A stretch of 55,960 bases of DNA, the filler included, from Sphacelaria rigidula (lineage: Eukaryota), in assembly GCA_964200075.2 (NCBI GenBank). It is 5 parts of 5 records of this genome, joined end to end, with 100 filler letters (N's around TTAATTAATTAA, not from the genome) between each part and the next. Parts side by side here need not be neighbours in the genome. Positions count along the whole stretch, not along the records: positions 33,639 to 44,749 come from CAXNAA020005373.1; positions 44,850 to 55,960 come from CAXNAA020005374.1; 3 more parts are not named here. The stretch is one strand, 5' to 3'. The translations under genes were made by a program, and so were the position numbers. The notes below the pieces were generated by a model. It saw only the letters and a list, made by a program, of their open reading frames with translations, did no database searches and was not told the DNA's origin. Position 1 is the first letter of the stretch, and each line of letters opens with the position of its first letter. Shown in pieces: positions 37,580 to 49,900 of this stretch.

Positions 37580-38500
37580 AGTTGTGTTTATGTAGTTGGG
37601 AAAACCGAAATATTTGGTTTTTACACAGATTGCGAAATTTGGTACATGTCGCTACGCCGGGCGACCTACGTGCAGACGCCAGCAAGTCCAGTAGAGCGAC
37701 AAAAGCTAGCTATGATAGGGTTTGCCTGCCGTACTGCCGCCAGCGTTGCTTGAAAGCCACGAGACCTTTGCGGTTGGCGGTTGATGACATGGGTGTCAAG
37801 TGCAACGACAAGTGGTTGATCATAGAGCACCCTTGTTCTTCGTGGGGTCATATCTCGCTCCAGGTGGTAACGCGTGAACTCGTCACATCGGAATCAATTC
37901 TTGAAAGCTGCCGTACCGAGGTATTCACGCAGCCAGCGCGTGCTCCAGATTGCAGCATGGAGACACCACTCTGCACCATGCTCGCAACGGTTAGATCACC
38001 ACCATAGGTATCTTTTTTCACTCCGCATGCCAAGAAGATCTCCACAAGTGTTTGGTCTCTCATACACCGCCCCCCCCCAACCTCGCACACTCTTGTCGTT
38101 GGGCACCCAGAGGGTCGCTCACATACATGTTGGGTAAAATCAACGATGAATAACACCCCCCAATTTCAAATTGGATATATCTGTTGTTTTTCCCGCAGCA
38201 CCGCCCTTGCTGGCATGTGTGTGACAGAGAACAGTAGTAGCGGTGACAGGAACATAGCCCTGCTTTTCAACGGCATGTTTTTCAGCGCACAGAGGTGTGC
38301 GTCCTGTCCAAAAAGAGAGGCAGGGAGAAATCGATCTTCGCATTAGTGAGCTCCGCAGGCAAGAAGAGACGGAATCTCTCCGCACCTCGATGTTCTGGCA
38401 CATGAAAAGTTGGGTACACGCTGGTAACATCCATGATGCCAGTCTCTCGAGCGAATGGTAATCGCCGAGCGAGACCACACAAAGGACACGGGCGAGGAGC
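37580..38500 (-). mobile_element. Possible heavily decayed Ty1/Copia RT relic
   Basis: Frame-scattered motifs in Copia RT order: MDVTSVY, EKQG, LKLG..YPTC, a frameshifted VDDLL-like GTGGAGATCTTCTT, REYLG, DVTSS, KPNIS. Many stops. Confidence 0.3.
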
Positions 38501-38759
38501 TTCCTCTCTGTCGTTGCTTCTCTCTCTCTGGTGGTATCATCATCGACACGCGTGTACACCGCATTCGTTGGGTGCACCTAGCCACCGCTGCTTAACTGCG
38601 GCGGACATTTGGAGGGAAGATGGCTTTGCGGGGTCGTGAGTGTTTCGCGTCATCCCTTCAAAAAAGAAAGTGCCACTTCAACCTCATTTTTGGGATGGAC
38701 CCCATTTTTCAGGATCCGCTGTTCAATGGGTCGTTTCCTCGCTCAGACGACGCTCGGCA

Positions 38760-39317
38760 TAAAATTAGGAGTTGGACGCTAAAATTTTGACGGCAGTTAC
38801 ATGCAGAATATGACGAAAGCAGCAAAGGAAATAAGGAAACACAAGAGGGAGCTATGGAGATTTAAAATTTCAGCAAAATCAAGATAATGACGGAAGCCCA
38901 GGAAAAAAATGAGAATCTGCAGCTGCTCCCGCGATGTATCATTTTCTTGGGTGCAGAATATTTTCGTGAAAGTTCAGCGCAAGAGTCGTCGAATTGGGCC
39001 GTGCGTGCAACGCTTTACGTGACGCCGCTGCACCCCACCTATACCCAGTGCGGGGTGATTGCTGACGTGAGCCCACCGCATGAAAAAAAGAGAAGCACTC
39101 CGACACGCTATCGCCCAACGATATGAGGCGCACCCCGAACTCTATGCAGTACAATGGCGTCATCGGCAATACGACGCCAATCAAACAGCGACGCAGTCCT
39201 TTGTCATCAGGTGGGTCTACAGTTCACAGTGATATGCTCACATCAGGCTCATTTGGGAAACTGGGAAAGCTGTGGTGTGAGCAACTTATAGCCGCTCTTA
39301 AGCTGGCCCAGCTGATA
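38760..39317 (+). mobile_element. TIR element family D, old diverged copy
   Basis: Shares GCTAAAATTTTGAC, TTTAAAATTTCAGCAAAA, GATATGCTC..TCAGGCT..TTTGG.AAACT and the right end GCTGGCCCAGCT with the other copies. Confidence 0.45.
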
Positions 39318-39498
39318 GTCCAATACTTAGACCTTCATTCACAATATGGAAAATGACGTCGATTTCATGGAACATGACGCCGATGCCACGAGTCGCGCAA
39401 ACAGGTACTCCAGTGCAAGCACTGTAAATCAAATATCAAATGAAATAAGACCCCAGTTGCACTGTTGTTGTGCGGCATGAAAAACACCGCGCAAGTGG

Positions 39499-42400
39499 TC
39501 ACCATCCAGGTCCGGGACACCTTGCCGAGACAAACGCCGCTGCGGTCTCCCCAGGACACGCCACCACCGTGTACATCCCATGGCCACCGACAGGCCACTC
39601 TCGTGCAGCATGCCGCAAGGAAACTCCTCGATAACTTCCTCCTCGCCCGCCGCCGCTACGATCGGATGATGGTCGCTTGCTTTTCTTCTTGCCTCTTTCA
39701 CCGCCGCCACATGGTGCATCCGCTGCGGCGTAGGCCCGGGGTGAGTCTCGAAACGGCCAGGCGGTTAACGAAGCCCATGCGCACCCGTCTATTACCGCCC
39801 CGTGTTGGCGATTACTATGGCTGCTGGTTGTTTTCGATTTGTTCTCCGGTTGGTTGCCATGTCCTCTTCCCTCGTTTTCCCCCTCATCTTGCCCCCTTTG
39901 CTGTCCCTGTCCCCACTCCCCGTCCCGTCGCTCGCGATTTCCTGTGTTATGTTCCAAGTGCAGCGGGTTAGCGGCGGTGACAGTAGGAAGATGCCGAAGT
40001 CAGTACATATGGCATGATGCAATGCATTTTACATTATGCGTATTTCAGCGTGGACATGATGCAAGCGCACATACCTTGTACCGAAAAGCAAATATATTCT
40101 TCTCCCAACACCGAGATGCATCCCGAAGAGAATCAATCTGTGGATATTCGCGGAAATCATTTTCCCCGCCCACCCGTAAACAGGATGAAAGCCAAGAGAC
40201 TAACGAGACACATGTACATGCGCCAGGAGACAGGCCCAAAGTGGAGCAGGGGCGGCTACACCACGAAACAGAACTGAAACTTGGGATGCGTGTGGCCAAT
40301 GTGTTCGTGGTACGTCCGGTCGCACTACTCAACACAGCAGAACATACACTAATGGGGGACGTGCATCCCTGGATTCAGTGTGCAACCTCCTTCAAGAAAC
40401 TACCACAGTGCTCTTCACCTCCACGACAAGCCGCCACGTCTCCAGCTGCCACGGCTCCTGCAGCCTCGGCAAGCCTCCTAACTGCGGGAGGAGGCACGAG
40501 TCCCCTTAACCGCACTCGACAAACTGCCCGACTTGACGCCGCCGCCACTGCCGCAGGTTGCCGGTACTGCAGGTGTTGGGGGGTTTCGAATGATGAAAGG
40601 TAAGGCTCCGGAGGGGAAGGGCTACGGCGAAGCTGGGGTTCTAGGCCGCAAGATGCGGCACCCAACCACTCGAACAGATCTAGCATCAAGCGGCATTTGG
40701 TCGTCTCCGCCGCTGCCGCTGCTGCTTCGCCTACCGCGGTCGGTCCGTCGCCGCTGTCCCGCCCCCGCGCCGCCCTATCGACTACGGTTGCCGTCACCAC
40801 CGCCGTCGACGCTGCTTTTGGTGTTGTACTTGTGGTTGTATTTGAGGATGTAAATGGTCTTCTGTCGGGCAGCAGCTGAGATCTAAAGCTGTCAGTCTGT
40901 GTAAGAGAAGAGCCTCGTACTCTTGGTCCAGGCGGTCGCCGTGGCGGCGGTGGGGGTGGTATGAAGCCTTGTCCTACCCAATCCAGGTCCGGACAGCATG
41001 CTTCGTGAAAGACACGAATGTCTGGTTCTAGCATGATCTTTTTCGTCACGGAAAATAGTCCTTGAGGAAACGTCACCTCTCGGCAACGAAATTCCACACC
41101 CTCCTCTTCCTCCCCATGCTTGCGCTGCCGTTGCTGCTGACCCTCGCCTGTAACACCATCACCCTCCCCCTCGTTGCCATGGCTCTCTCTACTACCCGTA
41201 CTCGACCCCGCCACTCCACCGGCGACATTAGACCTCACCCCACGTATACCACCTTCTTCTCCTCCTCCTCTTCTCACGCTTTGCGCCTGTTGCTGACTAC
41301 GTTCACCCTTGACGCCGCCGCTGCCTTCCACTCCAGCGCAAACTTCGCTCTTGCCCTCTACCCCCTGCTGTCTCTCTCTATCCGCCTCTCCGTCACTACC
41401 GTCAGCACCCCACCAGCACAATATCATGTCAACTTCAACAGCCGGCACCACTGAAGCAGGCTCTCCAATCCCCGCTTGCTGCTCGGAACCACCAGGTCTG
41501 AAGCCTATGCTTGCCAGACAAGATAAGAGGCGATCGTGCAGGGGCTTCCCAGGACGAAACGCCTTCGACGACATATCAAATACTGACACGTAACGGTCGC
41601 CCCCCCCTGCACCGCCCCCTGACACCCCGGCGCCCCCGCCTATGCACCCCGCTCCCGCCCCGGCCCGCTTGGTGTTGCCCTTAGGACGCATGCGTACGGC
41701 TTCTCCCGGTAGGCCCAAGGTCTGTGGCATACGACGACGGTCGTGCGTTGGGCAACTTTGGTACTTATACTGTATGGTGGCGGAGTGTGTGCTGCGGGGG
41801 GGAGGCGAGGGATAAGAAGGTGAATACAAATGTGTGACTAAATAGAAAGATAGACATCAGGAGCAATGACGATTCAAGTGGATTGACATCATCGCCAGCT
41901 AAGGTGATCAGAATAAACAAAACACATCACAGCACAGGCTACTTCCCCTCCATACAACATACGGACATTGCAAAGTGGACAACAAACACTATCCAGAAAT
42001 AGAAAGTGCAAGACTCGGGAAGAGGACCCCTCGACACTCTCAACCTTCCACCCGCAACACACACATGTGCGCAAGCAAACATCTTCATAATGCATGCCTG
42101 AAAGGTTTCGCGGTCCAGCGACAGCACTAGAATCCCTCCAGGAAGGATCGCCCAGCAGTTACCGTGATCGCTGGGAGCGTTCAAAGCCAGAGCGCAAAAG
42201 TTGTCTTCTAGAACACAAGCTCCAAGAAACGGTTGCGTTAGAAGTGCAGACAGCGATCCCCTCGCGCGGTAGTAGAAGCTCTGCTCACCGAGCTGTTTTC
42301 TTACAAAATCTTCAGCCCTCCTTTTGACCTGTAGTGGGAAGGAGGGGGCGGGGATACTCGATCATACATGCCACAGTCATGAGACCATTGACTTCGCATC

Positions 42401-43453
42401 CCTGCAAAGCCGGGGCGGAGCATGCCGGGTTTTCGCCGGACCAGACTCACACTCGATCACTAAGCACGAAGCGCCGTGGTGTGTTCGGCGAGTCGCATGG
42501 AGGGTGAGTTGCATCCTGCTGAAATTTTTCGGTCCGAAGCCTACTGCTTATCTTGCATTTGATTGAAAGCTTACGATGAGTTGGTTTATTTTCTGGCATC
42601 GCCACTTTCAGAGACAGCCACGGCTTTTACACTGTCTCATGGGTGTCTCACTATTCAAACACTACGTGATACGATCATCCCCGTTGTGCGGATTTTGAGG
42701 TCTCCCACACGCCGCACAACATGATCGAGCTCGACTACCAGCATGGTTACCGCAAAGAAGAACGCAAGCGCCCAAAATAAACTCGGTAACCTGGTTGCCT
42801 TGCTTACGCAGTGAGTGGCGTGATTTACAGCGTCAGCGCCAACCGAGGCCAATTCCATCGGGGGTCCACCCCTACAAAGCCGGGACGGGGCACGCCGGGT
42901 TGTCGCCGAACCAGGCTGACGGGGGGGTTGGGGGGGGGGGGGGGGGGTTCGTCAAGTGTGTTGTAGCCATTGATCGAAGATGCCAGTAATCTCAACACAA
43001 AACATAAGTAATGGCAGCATTACCAACACTGGGATGGGCACCTGAAGGACCCAGCATTACATATAGGTGAAATCCGGTCACTTAGACCCATATTCGGTTT
43101 GTAATTAGATACAAATACGCAAACAACAGTACCGTCGATGAAACGGACAATGAGGAAAGCTCATGACTAAACGATGGGTATCAGGCCAAGTCCAGCAACA
43201 GGGCAATGCATGAATTCTGACCGCAGCAAACAATGGCTTTAACTTCAACTTAACCGTAGTGATGGATAACGAGTGAGATGACGTACCTCCGCGTGGCGCT
43301 GCTCCAGCCGCGCCTGCCCTCCGCCATTGGTATCGTCATCTTCCATTGCTTCATGGCTATCTCTCACATCGCTCGCAGCAAGAGACAGTGGAAATATCAG
43401 ATCGCACTGCTGAACAAACGGTGTTTCGGCTCGCCTCCCTCGAGTCAGTTCCT
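39499..43453 (-). CDS. RPP40: Ribonuclease P/MRP protein subunit p40
   Basis: Exons 43453-43287 (TPFVQQCDLIFP), 42328-42098 (FYYRARGSLSALLTQPFL..FCALALNAPSDHGNCWAILPGGILVLSLDRETFQ), 41721-~40400 (TLGLPG..RYVSVFDM..LFEWLGAASC..PYLSSFETP..LRGLVPP) and ~39800-39499 (WASLTAWPFRDSP..GGHGMYTVV). All match the Rpp40 motif series. The start exon is unresolved (candidate ATG at 44436) and the last intron boundaries are approximate. Confidence 0.87.
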
Positions 43454-43861
43454 CTGCATTGAACTTACCAAAAAGGGGCAATTGGCATCGCGTATGGGCA
43501 CCGTAAAGTATTATTGAATAGGATATATACGGTCAGTGTTACAGTTGACAGTAAACAACACGAGCGAGAGACTCGGAACTTGGCCGATTATGGGCGAGCA
43601 GCACGTTTGAGGTGGCTCCAGTCAAGTAAGAGAGAGCGAACCACTACAATGATCGAGATTGCCTTGATGATAAACACCTCAATGATGCTTCATTGATCTG
43701 GACACGCGTGAACAAGGTGGCCCAGACATCCTGATACATGGATTGTGCTTTGATGTGTCTCCGTACTGTCAGTCTGTAGTCCTTCCTGTGCAGTAGCCAC
43801 TGCCGTGTTGCCGCACGCTTGGGGAGTGTCACAAGCAATCACGGCGAAGCATTTGGCGGAG

Positions 43862-43863
<2 letters not shown>

Positions 43864-43928
<65 letters not shown>
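43864..43928. repeat. (GT)n microsatellite
   Basis: About 65-bp perfect GT run. Confidence 0.95.
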
Positions 43929-43932
<4 letters not shown>

Positions 43933-44749
43933 TGTGTTGTCAGGGCGTGTCTTGGAACATTTATTTTTAACCGAAAACAAGGGGTGGTGGAATTCATATG
44001 AGCGAAACTCGTTCACTTGTGTCGAGTCTGGGTTCAGGCGAATTTTCAAGCTTTCGATCGAGAAAAGGTAGTGAAATTCGTGAAACGATCCTTGGTCCCT
44101 TGTGAACAGTACAGTCTGTCCTGTCTGCACTGTTTGCATCCAGTGCGTCTGGGTGTGTGTGCGTGTTTCGCACAGTAGGATGTAAAAGAGAAGCGGGCAC
44201 GTGCAATACAGACAGCGCAGGACTATCTGTTCTCTATGGCCAATGTGACGTGAAAGGGACTTGTACAACGTGCAGCTTGGTACTGGCTGCAGGGTCCATG
44301 AGCGCGTACACAAACCGGTTTGCCTACCCCCACGGAAGAAGATGCTAAGGTGTTTGCCACAGAAAGTAAAGAAGGTATACCCAACTAGCTGCAGGGTTGC
44401 GGTGGTAGCTGAGAATGAGTTGTGTGGAGTTTTCATGGTTCTGTGAACAGGTGATCTCTACCGTGCTGGTCTGTAACATGGGAGTCAAGTGCCACTTCTT
44501 GCCTTTCGCCCGCATGTTTTTGATCCAAAAAGCTTAGCTTTATTGTTTTTTACTGCTTCTCCGCGTGCCACTGGTTGAAAATATTAGTTGAAGCCTTCTA
44601 GGAACAGAAAAGTGATAGACCTATCAGATCGAAAAAGCAAACTCGACCGCACTTTTTTTATTAAAAAAAACGTGCTAAGGCCGGATGTTATGGCAAACAG
44701 ATTTTTGGCCCATGAATTGTTCACTTTCATGACGTTTGACCCACCTTTT

Positions 44750-44849
44750 NNNNNNNNNNNNNNNNNNNNNNNNNNNNNNNNNNNNNNNNNNNNTTAATTA
44801 ATTAANNNNNNNNNNNNNNNNNNNNNNNNNNNNNNNNNNNNNNNNNNNN
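44750..44849. other. Artificial contig spacer
   Basis: 44N + TTAATTAATTAA + 44N. Confidence 0.98.
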
Positions 44850-45994
44850 ACTGGCGATTGCCTTGGGCTTTTTCGCCTGCCACGACTCATTATATCTAGG
44901 ATTCAAAGATACTTGAATCCGCTGCACACTTTCCACAAAAACAACACTGTTTGGAATATAGAGTGACTCATGGGCTTACGGGCTGATTTGTCATCGACAG
45001 TCCTGCCATGTCTCAATCCAGATTCTGACTCTTGAAAAGTTTCCCTTGATCGGGTCCGTCCCATCGCATTTGTGGAAATGTATTCATTAGTCATTGCACT
45101 GAAGCCGAACAATGGTGTTTGACGGCCAGAAACACCCTCCCGATGACCAGGTATGTACTCGTATCGCCTGATGACACCACCTGACACCAACTTGGGCACT
45201 CTGATGTGACGACAATCTGTCCATCTCACCCAACATCTACCGACGCTAACACTTTCGAGTTCTACCGGAGAGTAGTGCGCGAGAAAACCTCCAGAACAGC
45301 CCTCGACACTTCAGACGCCCACTACGGTATGCACACACACCTCGCCTGCCCCTGCGGCCTCATGCCCAAAAATAGGAGGAAGGAGTGGTCATGCTATCCC
45401 TCAACTTTGCATAGATGAGGCGCACCACCTCTGGATCCGAAAACAAGGGAACAGTGGACGACTCGTGTGTCACGCTTTTGCTATCGAACTTTCGACTTCG
45501 GAATTGAACCGGTTAAACCGGTTCACCGGAAAGTCCATCACCGTCCACCTGCGGGGGGGTCGCTGTGTAAGAGTTGACCTTTTGGGGGGAACCATGAAGG
45601 GTGAAGAGCAACACGAGCGTCGAAAATCATATATTCGTGATTGTTCCTCGTGATATCAGCCCGCCGTGTGATCGATGATATTTATTATAATACGTTGAAT
45701 TGGTCGAACGATGCATATCCAACAGATCGCCTAACCGGTGTTCACCCCATCACTACCAGGGTAGGTCATATACTTCGTAGGTCGCGCAGTAATGTTTTCA
45801 AGTGAATGACGAAGGTGATGCGGATCAGACGATAGATGATGATCAACAGTATATTACGGACACCGCGGTCGAAGGGCCAAGATGGGCCCTTCGGGTTCAG
45901 AGTAGGAATAAACAGTAATTTCCGAAACCAAATTGCGCTGAAAATTCGAACGGATATATGTTCACCCTTCGACCTTCAGGATAGTTCATTTGTT

Positions 45995-46640
45995 GAATCG
46001 GCATCAATTTCACTGAAAAAACATGATGCACGAAGGAGATTGCCTCCCCTGGTGGTGAAGAAGTATGTCCACTATATTCAAAATGCGGAGATGGGAGGAG
46101 GTGTGGTGAGAGGGCATTTGGCATGCGCAAGTCTCCACTACTGTACTGTGCTGTACTCTCGCCAGCATGTTGAGAAAGCTAATCGATCAATCACGAATAA
46201 TATATGTTTTGTTCACACGCCGCGCGAGGTGGTGCTCTCGCTATACTAGCAGTAAGAATGGCACTGATACTATACCGATACGTGCTGTGATGAAGTGTCT
46301 GTGCCTCTCTCCAGCTGTACTGGGTACAACGAACCGTTTCGCCTGGGGTCCATTGAGATGATGATGTACGGTCGCGCAGCCATATTCCTTGCTATCTCGC
46401 GTCCCATTAGTGCAGTGGCAGGGGTAGAGTACACTGTACCCCATGCTCAAGTTACCTCTCAATGTCAAGTTAGTCATCGCGCCTCTTCGTTCCGCCGAAA
46501 CGACGGGCGGAATTTTCGATACCGTTGACGAAGAAAATTATTTTGCCATTTCGTTGGGTGATTATGCACAAACCCCCATGTGCTTTTGACCGCCAGGCCG
46601 CGCAATCCAGTCATGTTTCAAGTGAGATTGATGCCGATTC
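45995..46640. mobile_element. Putative TIR-bounded non-autonomous element upstream of the vWA gene
   Basis: About 30-bp inverted repeats GAATCGGCATCAATTTCACTGAAAAAACATGA / TCATGTTTCAAGTGAGATTGATGCCGATTC. Confidence 0.5.
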
Positions 46641-46927
46641 CACGGCGACATGTGCTGACTGAATAACAGTTCCTCGTACAACTCGGTGCCCGTGATGGCG
46701 CGATAAAGAAGGCTACAAGCTAATAAAGAGGCGAACTAGCAGAGCAGGCACACCTCCACAAAGAGCACAATACACGTAGCACACCCCTGACCTCCCCCAC
46801 ACCTTTCCCCCACTCCCCGGCTGTCCACACTCATATACTCAGACGGCGTGGTGGAGACAGAGAGTGGTGAACGCACAACCACACCACCCGTAACTTCGAC
46901 ACAAAACCCACCACATCATACACCATC

Positions 46928-49900
46928 ATGGGGCGAGTTTGCAGGATTCAGGCCGCTACGGCCTTGCTAGTGGCGGCTCAGGGGGCTGTATCAGTATCTG
47001 GGCAGTCCCCGATTTCTTCCACCATGTCTACCATGGTGGCATCCTGCGTGAAGACGTTTGACGCGGCATTTTCCCCTTGTCCCTGTGATGACGCTACTCT
47101 TACCTTCACCATGGAAGGAGAGACTACGGTGGCGGCCAACACTGTGAGTATATTATATGTGTGTCGGTAGCCGGGGGGGGTGCACAACGTACCATTTGTC
47201 TACTGTGCGTTCACTTTAGTCCCGTATGCCCCAGACAACTTCGACTGCCGTTGGGCCTCGGGTTAGTCGTGTATGGGTGTCCATATTTTCTCCTTGTTAG
47301 ATCGCAGGGCGGAGCTCAAAGATACGAAGATACGCATGTGTAGAGCTCTACAACGGCTATTTATTTTGACGGAACTGCCGACGAGTGAACATAGTACAGT
47401 AGTCAGTATACATCGTAGATATGCAGTACTCGTAGTACATGTGCCGCTAAATGCGGTCGTGCTTCGCACTAGATCATGCGTGAGAGGAGCTCTTTCGTTA
47501 ACGGGTAATTATATACAGAGGTAAAGGTATATCTAGGCGTTAGTTCGTCGTTGGGCGCGTATCTGTTCACCAGGCCTCATTAGCAGCCTCATTCGCGCTG
47601 TCACCTGACTAGGGTGATGCAGTGAGCAAGTATCGTACCGTCGTCTATTATAAAATGCACCAACTTGTGTTGATAAGGGAGGCGCGACTACAGTATACTG
47701 CAGTTTTGTGTGATGCATGCTGTCATTTTTTGTCGTTACTGCTGAGCTAATCACGACGAGCGGTACGTCAGCTCAGCAATCGAGTCAAAAACCTGCTTTC
47801 TCGTTCAACACGTCCTTCCTCTCATGTCTCGTTGGTGATCTTATGCCGCACCTCCTATTTTAGTCTACGATGACCCTGTAGAAAGTAAAATTAGGTCAAG
47901 ACTCGATCCTGTGAATCGGGCACGAGTATTGTATGAGTTTATCTGAAGTTCTGCATTTGGGGCACGCGTTCCGTGCATCATGTGCCACCAGACCGACCGG
48001 TGTTGAATTTCAATGTGCACCCTCAGAACAGGTTCTCCCATGATAACTGGCTGCGGACGAACCCAAATTATCTCACGATGTCCTGGAAAATCGATTCGTG
48101 TAGTTGAATGCAACAAGTTGCTAAAATACCGATATTTGTCGTGACCATGAAATAGTGGGTTCCATTCAGCGTCGACCGTCACGTTTGGACTCCCAGGAGG
48201 ACAGTTCCAACCGGTTGATGTGAACAAGAATCGACAACTCATAGCACTACAATCGAGTGTTTGCACACGCTGTACTAAACGAAATGTGTGATCCAGTCCT
48301 TCTCGCCACACAGCATACTCTTGATACCTCACTTGCGCAACCATTTTCGGAGAAACGGGTACTCGTAGGGGCCTCGAGAAGGCGGAACAATATGTGAAAT
48401 ACAGGGAAGGACATTATTACGATACTCGAACTCTCGTTCCAGTGGATGCACCTATAGATGCTCTGTTGCATGTTATTCAATACGCTGCTCTTCTGCGGAC
48501 GAACGCGTGTACCTCGAGCCCGGGGCCAGCAGGTTTGCCTGAGTCGGCTGCTGGCGGCGCACAACAGACTCATGGCACCCTCACGGAGAAAAAAGCTCCC
48601 ATCCGCGAGGATGAGTAGGGGCTTCGCCCTCCAGCAACTGGTGCCCTCTTGGAGCAGACCGTGCTGACCACTTACTTTTGCTTCTTGATTTTTTCGGGTT
48701 GATACTGGTTAATACACAAATTATCCTCGTGGCAGAAAAACTTGCAGACTTGACTCCAGTGAGAGGGGGCTGACCATCACCTTCACATATAGCAGAATCA
48801 GTACCGCGCCGTCCATGTAGGAACGCCGCTCGCAACACAAAATAACGAGCTGCCACAAAATATGTAGCCGTTGGAACGGATTTCAATTTACAACAGCGGC
48901 ATCTCGATTATTATCGAGCTATGAAATATCAGGAGAGACCTGCAATAATGTGTGGTATGTCAGCTGCCCACATCTCGGGACTTTCTTCATTGTGTGTTTT
49001 CATGTTTGGGCAATAACGCGTTGAGCCCTTGTTTTTAGCGACACCAAAACAGTGAGAACGCTCCGTCCGTGAGAGTGAGAGTGATTGCGGCGGTTTCGGT
49101 GATTTTGTGTCCTTCCGATTGATTGAGAGCCGATGGGCAACCATTTGTGCGTCTGTTGTTTTTGTGTGTCTTGTCATCCCATTATTTATCTTCGACGTCG
49201 GTTTACACCTTTCGGTAATGTGGGCGCAGCAGCCCGGGTCACAGGAGAAGAAGGTCGACAGGAGTTTTTTTTTTTTCCTTCTACGGTGGTTGCCTGCCTT
49301 GATCTTTTGTCAAGTGAAGGATTCAGCGGTCCCTTTCTCTCCTCGACCGATTAGTCGAATGCAATAAAAATAAAATAAACCAACTGAGAGGACAAGATAA
49401 TGACTTAAAAACACGATAAAAGTCATCCCGTTCTCTCTCACTCTCAATGAAGGCGCGCTCTCACTTTTCTTGTCTCGTCGGAACAAGCCCTAAACATCTC
49501 TGATACCGCGGGAATGCGACGAAGTTTGTTGCTCCGAGGTGTGTTGCAAGGATATACTGTTCTATGCAATTGAAGCCACTGTACAGTTTACAGTAATATT
49601 TTTTATAGTCTTGAAACGGGCGTTACGGTGCTTGTCGTGGTGTTTTCAAATAATTCTTGGTCACACACGTGAAATACAATACTGAACTCATCGTAACAAC
49701 GAACGTATTATACGTTACGGAAAGGGCAGAAACAAAAATACAGACACTGGCACAAATTCCGAAAGACGCCCTTGGAAGATCCGAGGCAAAAAAGAGCCGA
49801 GCATCGAAATTGAGGATGGAGCTTTTCATCGAGGATGAGACCCCGGGAAATTAAAATCTTCGTGTCCACACTAAATCTTCGAAATATGGTTCCATTCCTT

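Noticed and set aside
43690..44436. 248-aa ORF upstream of RPP40
   Set aside because: It reads through a (CA)n microsatellite. Only its first ~19 codons might be the RPP40 start exon, and the phase did not join cleanly to the next exon.
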